A stretch of 64,000 nt of DNA, from NCBI GenBank assembly GCA_964576755.1, contig CAZNUV010000003.1, positions 30,206-94,205 on the forward strand. The letters are read 5' to 3'. Positions within the stretch are counted from its first letter, which is position 1, and each line of letters starts with the position of its first letter. Shown here piece after piece: positions 27,049-36,487 of this stretch. Below the pieces are notes generated by a model, which saw only the letters and a program-made list of their open reading frames with translations, was not told the origin of the DNA and searched no databases. This DNA is from Candidatus Woesearchaeota archaeon. GTDB lineage: Archaea > Nanobdellota > Nanobdellia > Pacearchaeales > GW2011-AR1. The translations under genes and the position numbers were made by a program.

Positions 27049-27483
27049 ATGGACAAGCTTACTCAATTCAATCCTTTATTACATATAAATGTTTTCTCAA
27101 AATATGGGGGGTTTACCCTTCTTAAATATCTTGAAAAGTATGATTTAAATGTTAATGATTTAGCAAGAGAACATCACATTTTGTTCCGTTCTTTAGGTTG
27201 TTCTGAATCCCAGACTAGGGGCCCTTTTGCAGAGAGCTTAGATAAGGCATTATGTTATTATGATGAAAGAGAGGAAAATAAAAGGAGTCTTAGCATGTTT
27301 TTTATTTTAAGGACAAAAGAGGACATAGAATTTCATCAATCAGGTAATGGGATTATGCTTGATCAAAATTATCCTTTAAACTGTTTAAGTCTTGAAGTTT
27401 GTAAAGATAAACAAGATGAAAGAGATTATTTATTAGAAGAGTTAGGTTTTTATGATTATAACTTTTATGATTTTTTAAATTAG
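27049..27483 (+). CDS. Hypothetical protein (144 aa)
   Basis: Complete ORF with a leaderless-type promoter. Confidence 0.5.
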   Translation: MDKLTQFNPLLHINVFSKYGGFTLLKYLEKYDLNVNDLAREHHILFRSLGCSESQTRGPFAESLDKALCYYDEREENKRSLSMFFILRTKEDIEFHQSGNGIMLDQNYPLNCLSLEVCKDKQDERDYLLEELGFYDYNFYDFLN

Positions 27484-27488
27484 AAAAA

Positions 27489-27797
27489 TTAACGATACTC
27501 TCGCCAAGTGTTTCTGCATTTTTTACATCTAAAAAACTTTGTTTCTGCTTCATCACCAGAACGTGTTTGAGATGTCCAGAAATGTGCCTTATCATGTTCA
27601 CATTTAGGGCACGTTGCATCAACTGTAGGCAAGGTGTCAACATCTTTGTCTTTAATCACACGAATTTCTTGTTTTTCACCAAGTTTTTCACTTACTTGGA
27701 GCTTTATTTTTTCTGTTGTAGAATAACTACATCTAGGACATCCATAATTTTTTCTTTTTTGAACTAGAATTGAACCACACTTAGGACAAAATTGCAT
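27489..27797 (-). CDS. tfs: Transcription factor S (TFS; RNA polymerase subunit M family)
   Basis: Start set at MQFCPKCGS (ATG at 27797) because TTTATATA begins 29 nt upstream. Two zinc ribbons (CPKC..CPRC and CPKC..CKKC) and the acidic loop TRSGDEAET. Confidence 0.88.
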   Translation of the reverse strand: MQFCPKCGSILVQKRKNYGCPRCSYSTTEKIKLQVSEKLGEKQEIRVIKDKDVDTLPTVDATCPKCEHDKAHFWTSQTRSGDEAETKFFRCKKCRNTWREYR

Positions 27798-27884
27798 TGT
27801 TAATAACAAGAACAAGCATATATAAAGTTTTTGATTAATCAAAAACTTAGAATTATTTATTAATCCACAATTTATAATTTCTTT

Positions 27885-28511
27885 TTAATTACACAGGCCT
27901 TTTTCTTCTGGAGAACGAGAAAATTCAAAAAAAATAAGTTTTAACCAACCAATATAAGGGATTCTAAAGACTGCTTTTCCTATCAGTCTTTCTTTATTTA
28001 TATCTTGTTCAATTGATAACTGTCCGATATTATGATCTCCTTTTGTACTAATCTTAGTATTTGTCTCTGCAATAATTCTATGGATTATGGGATGAGCAAC
28101 ACCTCCATTAAATATAACTACATTGCCAATTTCTGCATTTTTAGGGTTAATAACAAAGATAATATCTCCTTTATTCATACCATTTTTAAAACTCCAATCT
28201 TCTGCATCATTTAATGTAACTCCATTGCTTGCATAAATAGGATTTTGTAAAACTTCTTCTAATCCATCAGAATGATACATTGAACAGCTTTCAACAATAA
28301 CTAAAGGCAAGGCAGTACCTGTTGCAATAGATAATAGTGGGAAAAATATGAATTTAATTATTAAAAATGCAAGTATAAAATCCACAACTAATGAAAGAAA
28401 AGAATCTTTTCTTAAAAATCCCCAGATATTTTTCCAAACACTTAAAGATTTTTGAAAAATATTTTTTTCTTCTCTAGGAATTGTAATTTTAAATTTTTCT
28501 TTTCCAGCCAT
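27885..28511 (-). CDS. Signal peptidase I, archaeal/Sec11 type
   Basis: N-terminal TM helix, catalytic-Ser region IVESCSMYHS, then GDIIFV and HRII boxes. Confidence 0.7.
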   Translation of the reverse strand: MAGKEKFKITIPREEKNIFQKSLSVWKNIWGFLRKDSFLSLVVDFILAFLIIKFIFFPLLSIATGTALPLVIVESCSMYHSDGLEEVLQNPIYASNGVTLNDAEDWSFKNGMNKGDIIFVINPKNAEIGNVVIFNGGVAHPIIHRIIAETNTKISTKGDHNIGQLSIEQDINKERLIGKAVFRIPYIGWLKLIFFEFSRSPEEKGLCN

Positions 28512-28589
28512 ATATCTACTTAGAATAAAGGGTTTTTAAGTTTATTTTATAATCATAAAATTTTAATAGGTTGTTTTCTATAGAACATT

Positions 28590-28931
28590 ATGAAAAAGAG
28601 AATAGCAAGTAAAAAAGGAGAGATTCTTGGTCTTAGTAATACTCCTGAAGTTTTATGGTACAAATTTAGACCAGAAGATCTAACACTGGAACTATTAGAT
28701 GACATTTTTGATATTTATGATAAGCTTTATTGCGAGGATATAGACAAGACACATTCTTATAAATTTCATACTAGTCCTGGAGATATTTATTTCCCTCAAG
28801 AAAGAAAAAAATATCGAGCTTATTTTATATTCACAAAAACAACTGCTCATTTAATCCTAACAAAAACCTTGGCTTGGAAGAAGTTTGATAAGGAGATTGA
28901 AAAGAAATTTGAATTTGTGAAGATTAAATAG
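28590..28931 (+). CDS. Hypothetical protein (113 aa)
   Basis: TTTTAATA box at -29. No motif recognised. Confidence 0.5.
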   Translation: MKKRIASKKGEILGLSNTPEVLWYKFRPEDLTLELLDDIFDIYDKLYCEDIDKTHSYKFHTSPGDIYFPQERKKYRAYFIFTKTTAHLILTKTLAWKKFDKEIEKKFEFVKIK

Positions 28932-28941
28932 AATCCTTGGT

Positions 28942-29187
28942 TTATTCTAAACTTTTAACAGGCCCATCTTTTGGATTAAAGAGTTTTACACTGTTAAAAT
29001 TTCCACGTTCATCAAAAAGATAATTAAACTTTGCACCTTCAAACCAAACATTATCTCCGTGTTCTGTTAATAATTTTTCTCCAAGTTGTGTATAAAAAAT
29101 TCTGTTTCCTTCTCGAGTCTCAACATATGCAAGTTTGGTCTCATTGTCAATTTTCCTTACAATAAGAAAATAATCCTCCTCTGTCAT
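28942..29187 (-). CDS. Hypothetical protein (81 aa)
   Basis: ORF only. Confidence 0.4.
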   Translation of the reverse strand: MTEEDYFLIVRKIDNETKLAYVETREGNRIFYTQLGEKLLTEHGDNVWFEGAKFNYLFDERGNFNSVKLFNPKDGPVKSLE

Positions 29188-29283
29188 TTTTATAAGGGGT
29201 ATCTTGATTTTATAGGCTTTTATGTTTTGAAGTATGTACTAAATCACCAAAACATTTAAATAGTATACACTTGAAGTATATAC

Positions 29284-29619
29284 ATGACAGATATATTTGA
29301 TAACACTATTTTATGCAAGGACTGTAATAAACCAATGCAAAAAGCAGTAGTTGAAAAAAATGGATTTCATATTCGTGTCCTACTCTGCGATAAGTGTGGT
29401 AATAAAATCCTGCATCCGGCAGATTTAAAAGAATATGAAGATTTCCAAAGTCTCAAGAAAAAACAATTTAGAGTTAAGCTAAGGTATGTTGGAAACAGCT
29501 ACGCTGTTTCAATACCAAAAGAAATTATAGAATTTATGCAAGAACAAGAAAAGAAAATGAAAGAAATGGTTGGATTATGTTTTGAAGAAATGGGAAGGAT
29601 TTCATTAAACTTTGAATAA
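29284..29619 (+). CDS. Zinc-ribbon plus AbrB/SpoVT-like DNA-binding domain protein
   Basis: CKDC...CDKC ribbon, then VGNSYAVSIPKEIIEFM (swapped-hairpin barrel signature). TTTAAATA box at -29. Confidence 0.6.
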   Translation: MTDIFDNTILCKDCNKPMQKAVVEKNGFHIRVLLCDKCGNKILHPADLKEYEDFQSLKKKQFRVKLRYVGNSYAVSIPKEIIEFMQEQEKKMKEMVGLCFEEMGRISLNFE

Positions 29620-29644
29620 AAAATAAAAATAAAACAAAATAAAA

Positions 29645-31957
29645 ATGGCAGAAAAAGAAAAATCACAAAAAATAAAGCTTCGTGTTCTAGAAGCATTACA
29701 AGACGATGCATATAAAGGCATTGCTAGAATTGACCCAGAATTAATGTCAAAACTAGATTTATCTCGTGGAGATATTATAACTATTAATGGTTCAAGAGAA
29801 ACAGTTGCAATTGTAGATAAATCTTATCCTGCAGATAGAGGAGAAAAAATTTTACGTATTGATGGTATAACTAGGAAAAATGCAAAAACTGGAATTGGAG
29901 AATATGTAGAAATAACAAAGGCAAATGCAAAAGAGGCTAAAAAAATAACAATTGCACCAGCACAACAAGGAGTAATAGTTCAAGGTTCTGGAGATAATCT
30001 AAAAAATGGTCTTCTTGGTAGGGCAATTGTTAAGGGAGATTTAGTTGTTCTTGGTGGTGTTCAGAGAAGAAGAGATATTATGGGTGGAGAGTTTGGAGAT
30101 TTATTTGGAGATATTGAAAACATATTTAATCAAATGTCTGGGGGAGGGGTCCCTGGAGGAATATCTCAGTTAAGATTTTCAATTGTATCTGCTGCACCAA
30201 ATCAGCCAGTAGTTATAACAGAAAACACCCATATTGTTTTAAATTCAAAAGCAGTTGAAATATCAGAAGAGACAATTCCGCAAGTTACTTATGAAGATAT
30301 TGGTGGATTAAGAGAAGAAGTAAAAAAAATTAGAGAAATGGTAGAGTTACCATTAAAACATCCAGAGATTTTTTCACGTTTAGGAATAGAACCTCCTAAA
30401 GGAGTTTTATTACACGGACCTCCTGGAACAGGTAAAACACTACTTGCTAAGGCAGTTGCAAATGAGAGTGAAGCACACTTCATATTATTAAATGGGCCTG
30501 AGATTATGTCTAAGTTTTATGGAGAATCTGAAAAAAAAATTAGAGAAATATTTGATGAAGCAGAAAAAAATGCCCCATCAATTATTTTTATTGATGAGAT
30601 AGATGCCATTGCACCTAAAAGAGAAGATACTGCAGGAGAGGTCGAAAGACGTGTTGTAAGCCAACTATTAACAATGATGGATGGTCTAAAATCTCGTGGT
30701 CGTGTTGTAGTTATTGGAGCAACAAACAGGGTTAATTCAATTGATCCTGCATTAAGAAGACCTGGAAGATTTGATAGAGAGTTATCTATTTCAGTACCAG
30801 ATAAAGATGGAAGATTAAGTATTTTTAAAATTCATACAAGAGGAATGCCCTTGACAAAAGATGTAGATTTAACAGAGCTTGCTGCAAAAACTCACGGGTT
30901 TGTTGGAGCTGATATTTCTGCACTTGCAAAAGAAGCTGCAATGTCTGTTTTAAGAAGAAATCTTCACAAATTTAAATTAGATGAAGAAGAAGAAATTCCA
31001 AGAGGATTATTAGAAGAATTAAAAGTTACAAAAACTGATTTTTTAGAAGCCCTTAAAGTTGTGCGTCCTAGTGCAATGAGAGAGGTTTTGGTTGAAACTC
31101 CTAATGTACAATGGGGAGATGTTGGCGGAATAGAAGATCCTAAAACAGAATTAAAAGAAGCAGTTGAATGGCCACTTAAATTTCCACAGTCTTTTGAAAG
31201 AATGGGGATTAGACCCCCTAAAGGAGTCTTACTTTACGGACCTCCTGGAACAGGTAAGACTCTTTTAGCAAAAGCAGTTGCAACAGAAAGTGAAGCAAAT
31301 TTTATCCAAGTTAAAGGCCCTAGTTTACTAAGTATGTGGGTTGGAAAATCAGAAGAAGGTATAAGAAAAACTTTTGAAAGGGCAAGACAAGTTGCACCGT
31401 GTATAATCTTTTTTGATGAAATAGATGCTCTTGCAGGTAAAAGAACTGGACAAGGATCTGGCGGAAGCAGAGTTACTGAAAGTGTTTTAAATCAAATGCT
31501 AGCTGAAATGGATGGTATTGAAGATTTAAGTAATGTTATTGTTATTGGAGCTACAAACCGGCCAGATATGCTAGATACAGCATTACTTAGACCTGGAAGG
31601 TTTGACAGAATTGTATATGTAAATGTCCCAGACAAAACAGGAAGAGAAGCAATCCTAAAGATTCATACAAAAAAGATGCCTATTGATAATAAAGAAGCTT
31701 TAATTAAAGATCTTGCAGATAAAACAGATGGATATACTGGGGCAGATATAGAATCTTTAGCAAGAGAAGCAGCAATGCTTGCTTTGCGTAAAAATATTGA
31801 TGTTAAAAAGGTTACAAAAGAAGATTTTGAACATGCCATGGATAAAGTCAGGCCTTCTGTAACAAAGTCTGATATTGAAAGTTATAAAAAAATTGAGCAA
31901 CAGTATTTAAGAAGTGCTAAAGCAGCTTTGTCAGAAAAAATTAGATATGCTGGTTAA
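29645..31957 (+). CDS. cdc48: Cdc48/VCP-type AAA+ ATPase (two AAA domains)
   Basis: N-domain LRVLEA...GIARID. Two copies of [15 protein letters not shown] plus DEIDA, with second-region-of-homology motifs. Confidence 0.93.
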   Translation: MAEKEKSQKIKLRVLEALQDDAYKGIARIDPELMSKLDLSRGDIITINGSRETVAIVDKSYPADRGEKILRIDGITRKNAKTGIGEYVEITKANAKEAKKITIAPAQQGVIVQGSGDNLKNGLLGRAIVKGDLVVLGGVQRRRDIMGGEFGDLFGDIENIFNQMSGGGVPGGISQLRFSIVSAAPNQPVVITENTHIVLNSKAVEISEETIPQVTYEDIGGLREEVKKIREMVELPLKHPEIFSRLGIEPPKGVLLHGPPGTGKTLLAKAVANESEAHFILLNGPEIMSKFYGESEKKIREIFDEAEKNAPSIIFIDEIDAIAPKREDTAGEVERRVVSQLLTMMDGLKSRGRVVVIGATNRVNSIDPALRRPGRFDRELSISVPDKDGRLSIFKIHTRGMPLTKDVDLTELAAKTHGFVGADISALAKEAAMSVLRRNLHKFKLDEEEEIPRGLLEELKVTKTDFLEALKVVRPSAMREVLVETPNVQWGDVGGIEDPKTELKEAVEWPLKFPQSFERMGIRPPKGVLLYGPPGTGKTLLAKAVATESEANFIQVKGPSLLSMWVGKSEEGIRKTFERARQVAPCIIFFDEIDALAGKRTGQGSGGSRVTESVLNQMLAEMDGIEDLSNVIVIGATNRPDMLDTALLRPGRFDRIVYVNVPDKTGREAILKIHTKKMPIDNKEALIKDLADKTDGYTGADIESLAREAAMLALRKNIDVKKVTKEDFEHAMDKVRPSVTKSDIESYKKIEQQYLRSAKAALSEKIRYAG

Positions 31958-31972
31958 AAATATTTAGAATTT

Positions 31973-32278
31973 TTATTCTTGAAATTTTGGAGGTTTGGTT
32001 AATGATTGATTATAAAAATTATTAATTATTTTAAGTGCATTAAACTCTTCTTCTGGAAATGGTTTAAGGTCCTCTTTTAAATCAGGAATTTGATTTGCAT
32101 TAAATATCACGACTTCTATATTTTCACTATCTTTTATTTCTTTTAATCTAGATGCTAGTTTAACAATTAGTCCCCCATATCCTTTTCCAGAGATAATTTC
32201 ATTTCCATTTCCAATAGATTCCAGAGTATAACATTTATCTGGTCCAATGTAAGAGATATATTTTTTTGCTTTTGCCAT
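31973..32278 (-). CDS. Hypothetical protein (101 aa)
   Basis: ORF only. Confidence 0.4.
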   Translation of the reverse strand: MAKAKKYISYIGPDKCYTLESIGNGNEIISGKGYGGLIVKLASRLKEIKDSENIEVVIFNANQIPDLKEDLKPFPEEEFNALKIINNFYNQSLTKPPKFQE

Positions 32279-32393
32279 TTTTAAAATTAAAATTTTTTAT
32301 TTATAAAAAGTATATTTTCCAGAAGCTTATAAACCTTTTGCTCAGTGTTATTTTAAAGTGGTTACAATACAGATAATCTTAAGACATCAGATC

Positions 32394-33311
32394 CTAATTA
32401 GTAATCACAATTTTCTCATCAAAAATCAATAGGGTTCTTTCTGCTTGAGAAACTGGTTTTTTTGTCTTTTCAATTAGTACAGGAAAGTTATGTAAGATTC
32501 CTTGGCCTGACATTTGTCTTAATGCAAAATTAATTTTTTTAAAACCTAATTTCTGTGCAGCCTTTTCAATCCAACGCTTACAGAAGGGTCTTGTTTGATA
32601 TTTTTCTTTAATATATTGGAGTAACTTTCTCGCATCAGAATCTCTTACTTGTTGTGTTTCATTTTGTAACATATAAATCTCTCCTGTTTGACCTTCGTAA
32701 ATTAAACCACTGCCTGTTGTTAAAAAAGGTTCAATTGCAATTGCCTTTCCAAATAACAGGGTTTTATTCTCATTTTTATAATTTGAAATTGTTAGTCCTG
32801 CATGAATCATATTTTTTTCAAGAGTATGGCCTGAAAGATTTTTGATTATTGTAAACTTTCCCCTTTTCCCAGTATTTTCTAAATTTTTTTCTATATTCTT
32901 TCCAACGTCTGATACAGTTGAGTTTAATGTTAATTCACTTAGAGTTGATTCTAAAATTTTCTCATTTGTTTCAATCATTTCTTTAAAATCTCCTTTTTCA
33001 GTTAAATCAATAGAAAAAGCTCTGTCAGAGATAAAACCATTAATACAAACCCCTAAATCAATCTTTAACAACCCATTAGCAATAGTTGTATCCTCGCTTG
33101 AAGGAGTATAATGTGCAGCTACTTCATTTAAGGATAAATTTACAGGAAAAGCAGGTTCTGCACCAAGTTCAGCAATCTTTGCATCAATCTTATTGGCAAT
33201 ATCAATAAGTAACATGCCTGGTTTAATCTCTTTTCTAATATAGGATTCAACCTGTTTAGAGACTTCTCCTGCCTTCACATAAGATTCTATTTGCTTTTCT
33301 GTTAGTGTCAT
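32394..33311 (-). CDS. map: Methionine aminopeptidase, type 2 (archaeal/eukaryotic)
   Basis: 305 aa. AAHYTP, IDLGVCINGFISDRAF, SGHTL, AIEPF, and the C-terminal helical insert typical of type 2. Confidence 0.88.
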   Translation of the reverse strand: MTLTEKQIESYVKAGEVSKQVESYIRKEIKPGMLLIDIANKIDAKIAELGAEPAFPVNLSLNEVAAHYTPSSEDTTIANGLLKIDLGVCINGFISDRAFSIDLTEKGDFKEMIETNEKILESTLSELTLNSTVSDVGKNIEKNLENTGKRGKFTIIKNLSGHTLEKNMIHAGLTISNYKNENKTLLFGKAIAIEPFLTTGSGLIYEGQTGEIYMLQNETQQVRDSDARKLLQYIKEKYQTRPFCKRWIEKAAQKLGFKKINFALRQMSGQGILHNFPVLIEKTKKPVSQAERTLLIFDEKIVITN

Positions 33312-33313
33312 TT

Positions 33314-33811
33314 CTAATTCTTCCTTCTTCTTTCTTTAGGTAAATAGTTATAAATAACTTTCTTGTCTTGAGATATTTTCCCTGTTCCGATTATATCTTG
33401 TTTAAACATAACTGCAACAAAGCCACTAGTCTTGTTTTTTTCTGCTTGTTTTTGCTCTTCTTTAGAAAGTTCTAAATCTTTTCCTGCTAACCAGTTTTCT
33501 TTTTGTTCTTCAGAAAGCTTCACCATATTATGGGTAATTTGTTTTTGTAAAACATGCATAGCATCAATACTAAGTCTGACCTCTTCTTGTCCTGGTTTGC
33601 CAACTTCTTTTCCAAAATATAATCCAATTGTTTCAATAGGAAGAATTTTTCTTAGTTCATTAATCTCTTCATTACTTAAAATTCCAGAAAACATTCTTAT
33701 CTTTTCCTTACCTGTAGTTAATAATAAGAAGGGAATTTTTTCTATTCCTAAGTATGAAATCTTTTCTATAATTTTTTTCTTTTTTGTTTTGTCAAGTATT
33801 TGAAATTTCAT
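33314..33811 (-). CDS. NIP7-like pre-PUA/PUA RNA-binding protein
   Basis: C-terminal GFVAVMFKQDIIGTGKISQDKKVIYNYLPKERR resembles the NIP7 PUA domain. Operon with an RNA m5C methyltransferase. Confidence 0.45.
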   Translation of the reverse strand: MKFQILDKTKKKKIIEKISYLGIEKIPFLLLTTGKEKIRMFSGILSNEEINELRKILPIETIGLYFGKEVGKPGQEEVRLSIDAMHVLQKQITHNMVKLSEEQKENWLAGKDLELSKEEQKQAEKNKTSGFVAVMFKQDIIGTGKISQDKKVIYNYLPKERRRKN

Positions 33812-33828
33812 TTTCTCCTTTCTCCTAT
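33808..33828 (-). repeat. 21-nt gene-junction repeat ATAGGAGAAAGGAGAAAATGA (copy 2)
   Basis: Identical to 34938..34958. Encodes ..IGERRK*, an SD, and an ATGA stop/start overlap. Confidence 0.9.
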
Positions 33829-34941
33829 TTGTTTTTCTTTTTCAAGTTCTAACAATCCTGATTTATTAATCATATAAACTGGATTTAAACCCATATTTTT
33901 GAGGTATGTCTTTTCTTTATTTATATTATCTTCTTTTAATCTTGAATATTGCATAAGTATTATCTTATAATTGTAATCTTCTTCTAATTCTTCTTTTGAA
34001 TATAGATTTTCATACATTTTTTTATATTTTTCAGCTTTCTCTAGATTGTCCTTAATATAATATAAACTAAATATCTCTCTTAGAGCCATTTTTTTTGTTT
34101 CAATCATATGGAATTTATTGTAAACTTTGAAAAAATATTCAGAACTTTTTCCAAGCTCTCCAACTTCTTTGTAAAATCTTGCTTTTAATTCATCATCATC
34201 CCAAGGAATATGCTTGCCTCTTCTTGCTTCAATACTTTCTTCTCCACAATCAGCCCAAGTTAAATCAATATGAGTCAAAAAAATATTTTTATCTGTTACA
34301 GCTAAAATTGCATTCCAAGCATGAGTAGGATAATCTCCTCCAAGAGAACCATCTAAAACATAGAGATTATTAATATTTTTATTATATTTTTTTAATTGAT
34401 TGAATATTGCACTTAATCCTCCTGAATACTTATCACAATCCCCTTTTCCAATATATAAATAATCTTCAATAGGTAAAGAAGAACCATATTTTTTTATAAA
34501 ATCTTCATCATTATCAACATAAGCAAAATCTAAACTATTCGTAATAATCTTAAAACATAAATTTAATGCTTGGCTTGGAGCTAATTCTTCTAAATCCTTT
34601 TTATTATATCCAAGTTTAAAAGCTTCTGTAATCAAGATGTTCTCTAATTTGCTTTCATCATCGACATGATAATACTTCTTAAAAATAAGTGATTTTTCTC
34701 CTAGCTCATTATTTTTTTCAATATTGGTTCTAGGAAGTAAATCAAAATGCATATTCTTAAAATCTTTGTAGATTATCTCTTTATCTTTAATAGAAAAAGG
34801 CAATTCTTGAAAATAAGAAGATAAAGTCCTTATTTCTCTAGCACTAGCTTGTTTTGTCTCATTTGTTTCTGCTTTTGAGAAAAGACACATTCCAGCAAAC
34901 AATAAACTTGTCCCAAATTTTGAAATTGTCCCAAATCTCAT
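33808..34941 (-). CDS. Secreted/exported transglutaminase-like protein (377 aa)
   Basis: N-terminal hydrophobic signal. Core GKGDCDKYSGG (Cys), PTHAWNAI (His), HIDLTW (Asp). Confidence 0.55.
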   Translation of the reverse strand: MRFGTISKFGTSLLFAGMCLFSKAETNETKQASAREIRTLSSYFQELPFSIKDKEIIYKDFKNMHFDLLPRTNIEKNNELGEKSLIFKKYYHVDDESKLENILITEAFKLGYNKKDLEELAPSQALNLCFKIITNSLDFAYVDNDEDFIKKYGSSLPIEDYLYIGKGDCDKYSGGLSAIFNQLKKYNKNINNLYVLDGSLGGDYPTHAWNAILAVTDKNIFLTHIDLTWADCGEESIEARRGKHIPWDDDELKARFYKEVGELGKSSEYFFKVYNKFHMIETKKMALREIFSLYYIKDNLEKAEKYKKMYENLYSKEELEEDYNYKIILMQYSRLKEDNINKEKTYLKNMGLNPVYMINKSGLLELEKEKQIGERRK

Positions 34942-34958
34942 TTTCTCCTTTCTCCTAT
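34938..34958 (-). repeat. 21-nt gene-junction repeat ATAGGAGAAAGGAGAAAATGA (copy 1)
   Basis: Identical to 33808..33828. Confidence 0.9.
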
Positions 34959-35975
34959 CTCTTTTTCCTTATCAGACAATTTTTTTATTTTAGCAAGAAA
35001 AAATCCATCAGTATTATTATCTTGAGGATAGATACGGCAAGAATTCTTTATCTGTTGATTTAATTTTTTACCATCCCATTCACATACACCGCAATGTCGT
35101 TTTAATGGAAGGTTTATTTCTTCTATCTGGATATCAAATCTTTCTAAAAGATAATTAATAACTTCTTCATCTTCTTCAGGAGTTAAGGTACAGGTTGAAT
35201 AAATCATCTCACCACCGACTTTTAAGAGTCTTAATGCACTAGATGCAAGTCTTTTTTGTATTGAGCCTAACTTGTGAACCATGTTAAGATTCCACATTAG
35301 ATAGGTTTTTGGACTTTTTCTTAGAGTTCCTTCTCCAGAGCAAGGAGCATCTACAAGAATCTTATCAAATTTTAAGTTTGATCGCTTAAGCAAATTATTA
35401 CAAAGTTTAACTCCATCACTTCGAGTAACAATTGCATTCATAACCCCACATTTTTCTAAATTAGAATTCAAAATTCTTATCCTTCCAAGATTATTATCAT
35501 TTGCAATTATTAATCCTGTATTTTCCATATATGCACTCGCCTGGGTTGTTTTACTTCCAGGACTTGCGCAAAGGTCTAGAAATATTTCATTTGGTTTTGG
35601 TTGAAGCACAAATAAGGGTAACATTGATGAAATCTCTTGGACATAATAATATCCTAGTAGGTGTTCTTGTGTTTTACCAAGCTCTCCTGGAGCTAACTTT
35701 CTTCCTCCCCCATTGTTTGTTTCATCAATAATCATTATTTCCTTGTTGTTTTCAAATGGTTGAACAATTTTCCAACCATACTGTTCAAGCCTCTGTTTTA
35801 ATTCTTCTGGGGAAATTTTAAGAGTATTACATCTAATTGAGTCTGGTGTCTCTGTCTTACATATTTCAAAAAACTTCTCTGCTTCTTGCTTACTTCCAAG
35901 AAGTTTTTCCATTCTCTCTACAAATTCTGGTTTTGGCTTATATATTTCTCTATGTCTTTGTTTTGCTTTTCCCAT
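34938..35975 (-). CDS. NOL1/NOP2/Sun-family RNA (cytosine-C5)-methyltransferase
   Basis: DLCASPGSKTTQ (SAM motif I), DAPCSGEG (motif IV Cys), YSTCT (motif VI Cys). Confidence 0.88.
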   Translation of the reverse strand: MGKAKQRHREIYKPKPEFVERMEKLLGSKQEAEKFFEICKTETPDSIRCNTLKISPEELKQRLEQYGWKIVQPFENNKEIMIIDETNNGGGRKLAPGELGKTQEHLLGYYYVQEISSMLPLFVLQPKPNEIFLDLCASPGSKTTQASAYMENTGLIIANDNNLGRIRILNSNLEKCGVMNAIVTRSDGVKLCNNLLKRSNLKFDKILVDAPCSGEGTLRKSPKTYLMWNLNMVHKLGSIQKRLASSALRLLKVGGEMIYSTCTLTPEEDEEVINYLLERFDIQIEEINLPLKRHCGVCEWDGKKLNQQIKNSCRIYPQDNNTDGFFLAKIKKLSDKEKEIGERRK

Positions 35976-36173
35976 GTTCTTAGAAAGAGATTTGGGTTTT
36001 TAGAGGTTTTGGATTTGCAGGAATTGATTAAAAAGAATGAATAATTTAAATAAAAAATCTAGACAAAACCCTTCAGATGGCTAAGAATTTATTCGAAGTT
36101 ATAAGAAGATTTAAAAACACCCTTAAATGATATTCTTCTAATCAAATTTTTTGAAGCAAAAATTGAGGTAAAA

Positions 36174-36485
36174 ATGTTATCAATAAAAGACTATATAAAA
36201 TTGAATTATAAGGATAGGAATATTGTAGAACTAGAATCTCTGAGAAAAAAGGCAAGAGTTCTTGTTTCCTCAAATGATCTCTGCCAAGTTTTTTACGATA
36301 CTTTTAAACAAGGAGAAGTAACCCTAACTATTCCTAGTATAATGTTCAAGGGAAATATGCCTGAATACAATTGTATAACCGAAATGTATTACCAAAACAA
36401 AAAGGTATTTCCTTTAATTCAAAAACCATGGGCAGATGATCTTGGAGATGTTTTAGAAACCTTTTTTAAAAAATTATGGGTTTGA
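36174..36485 (+). CDS. Hypothetical protein (103 aa)
   Basis: SD GAGGT 5 nt upstream of the ATG. Confidence 0.45.
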   Translation: MLSIKDYIKLNYKDRNIVELESLRKKARVLVSSNDLCQVFYDTFKQGEVTLTIPSIMFKGNMPEYNCITEMYYQNKKVFPLIQKPWADDLGDVLETFFKKLWV

Positions 36486-36487
36486 TT

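Noticed and set aside
27798-27842. N-terminal extension MINQKLYICLFLLLT on TFS in the track. Similar alternative-start extensions occur at 11921 (TTG), 46743 (TTG), 42589, 55830 (GTG), 63426 (TTG) and 39205.
   Set aside because: The conserved protein starts, the -29 TATA rule, or SD/ATGA coupling all favour the downstream ATGs. The extensions are hydrophobic or nonsensical, or overlap promoters.
32654-33803. Plus-strand ORFs 32654..32845, 32842..33111 and 33432..33803
   Set aside because: They are antisense to the methionine aminopeptidase and NIP7-like genes. The translations are low-complexity and S/F/L-rich.
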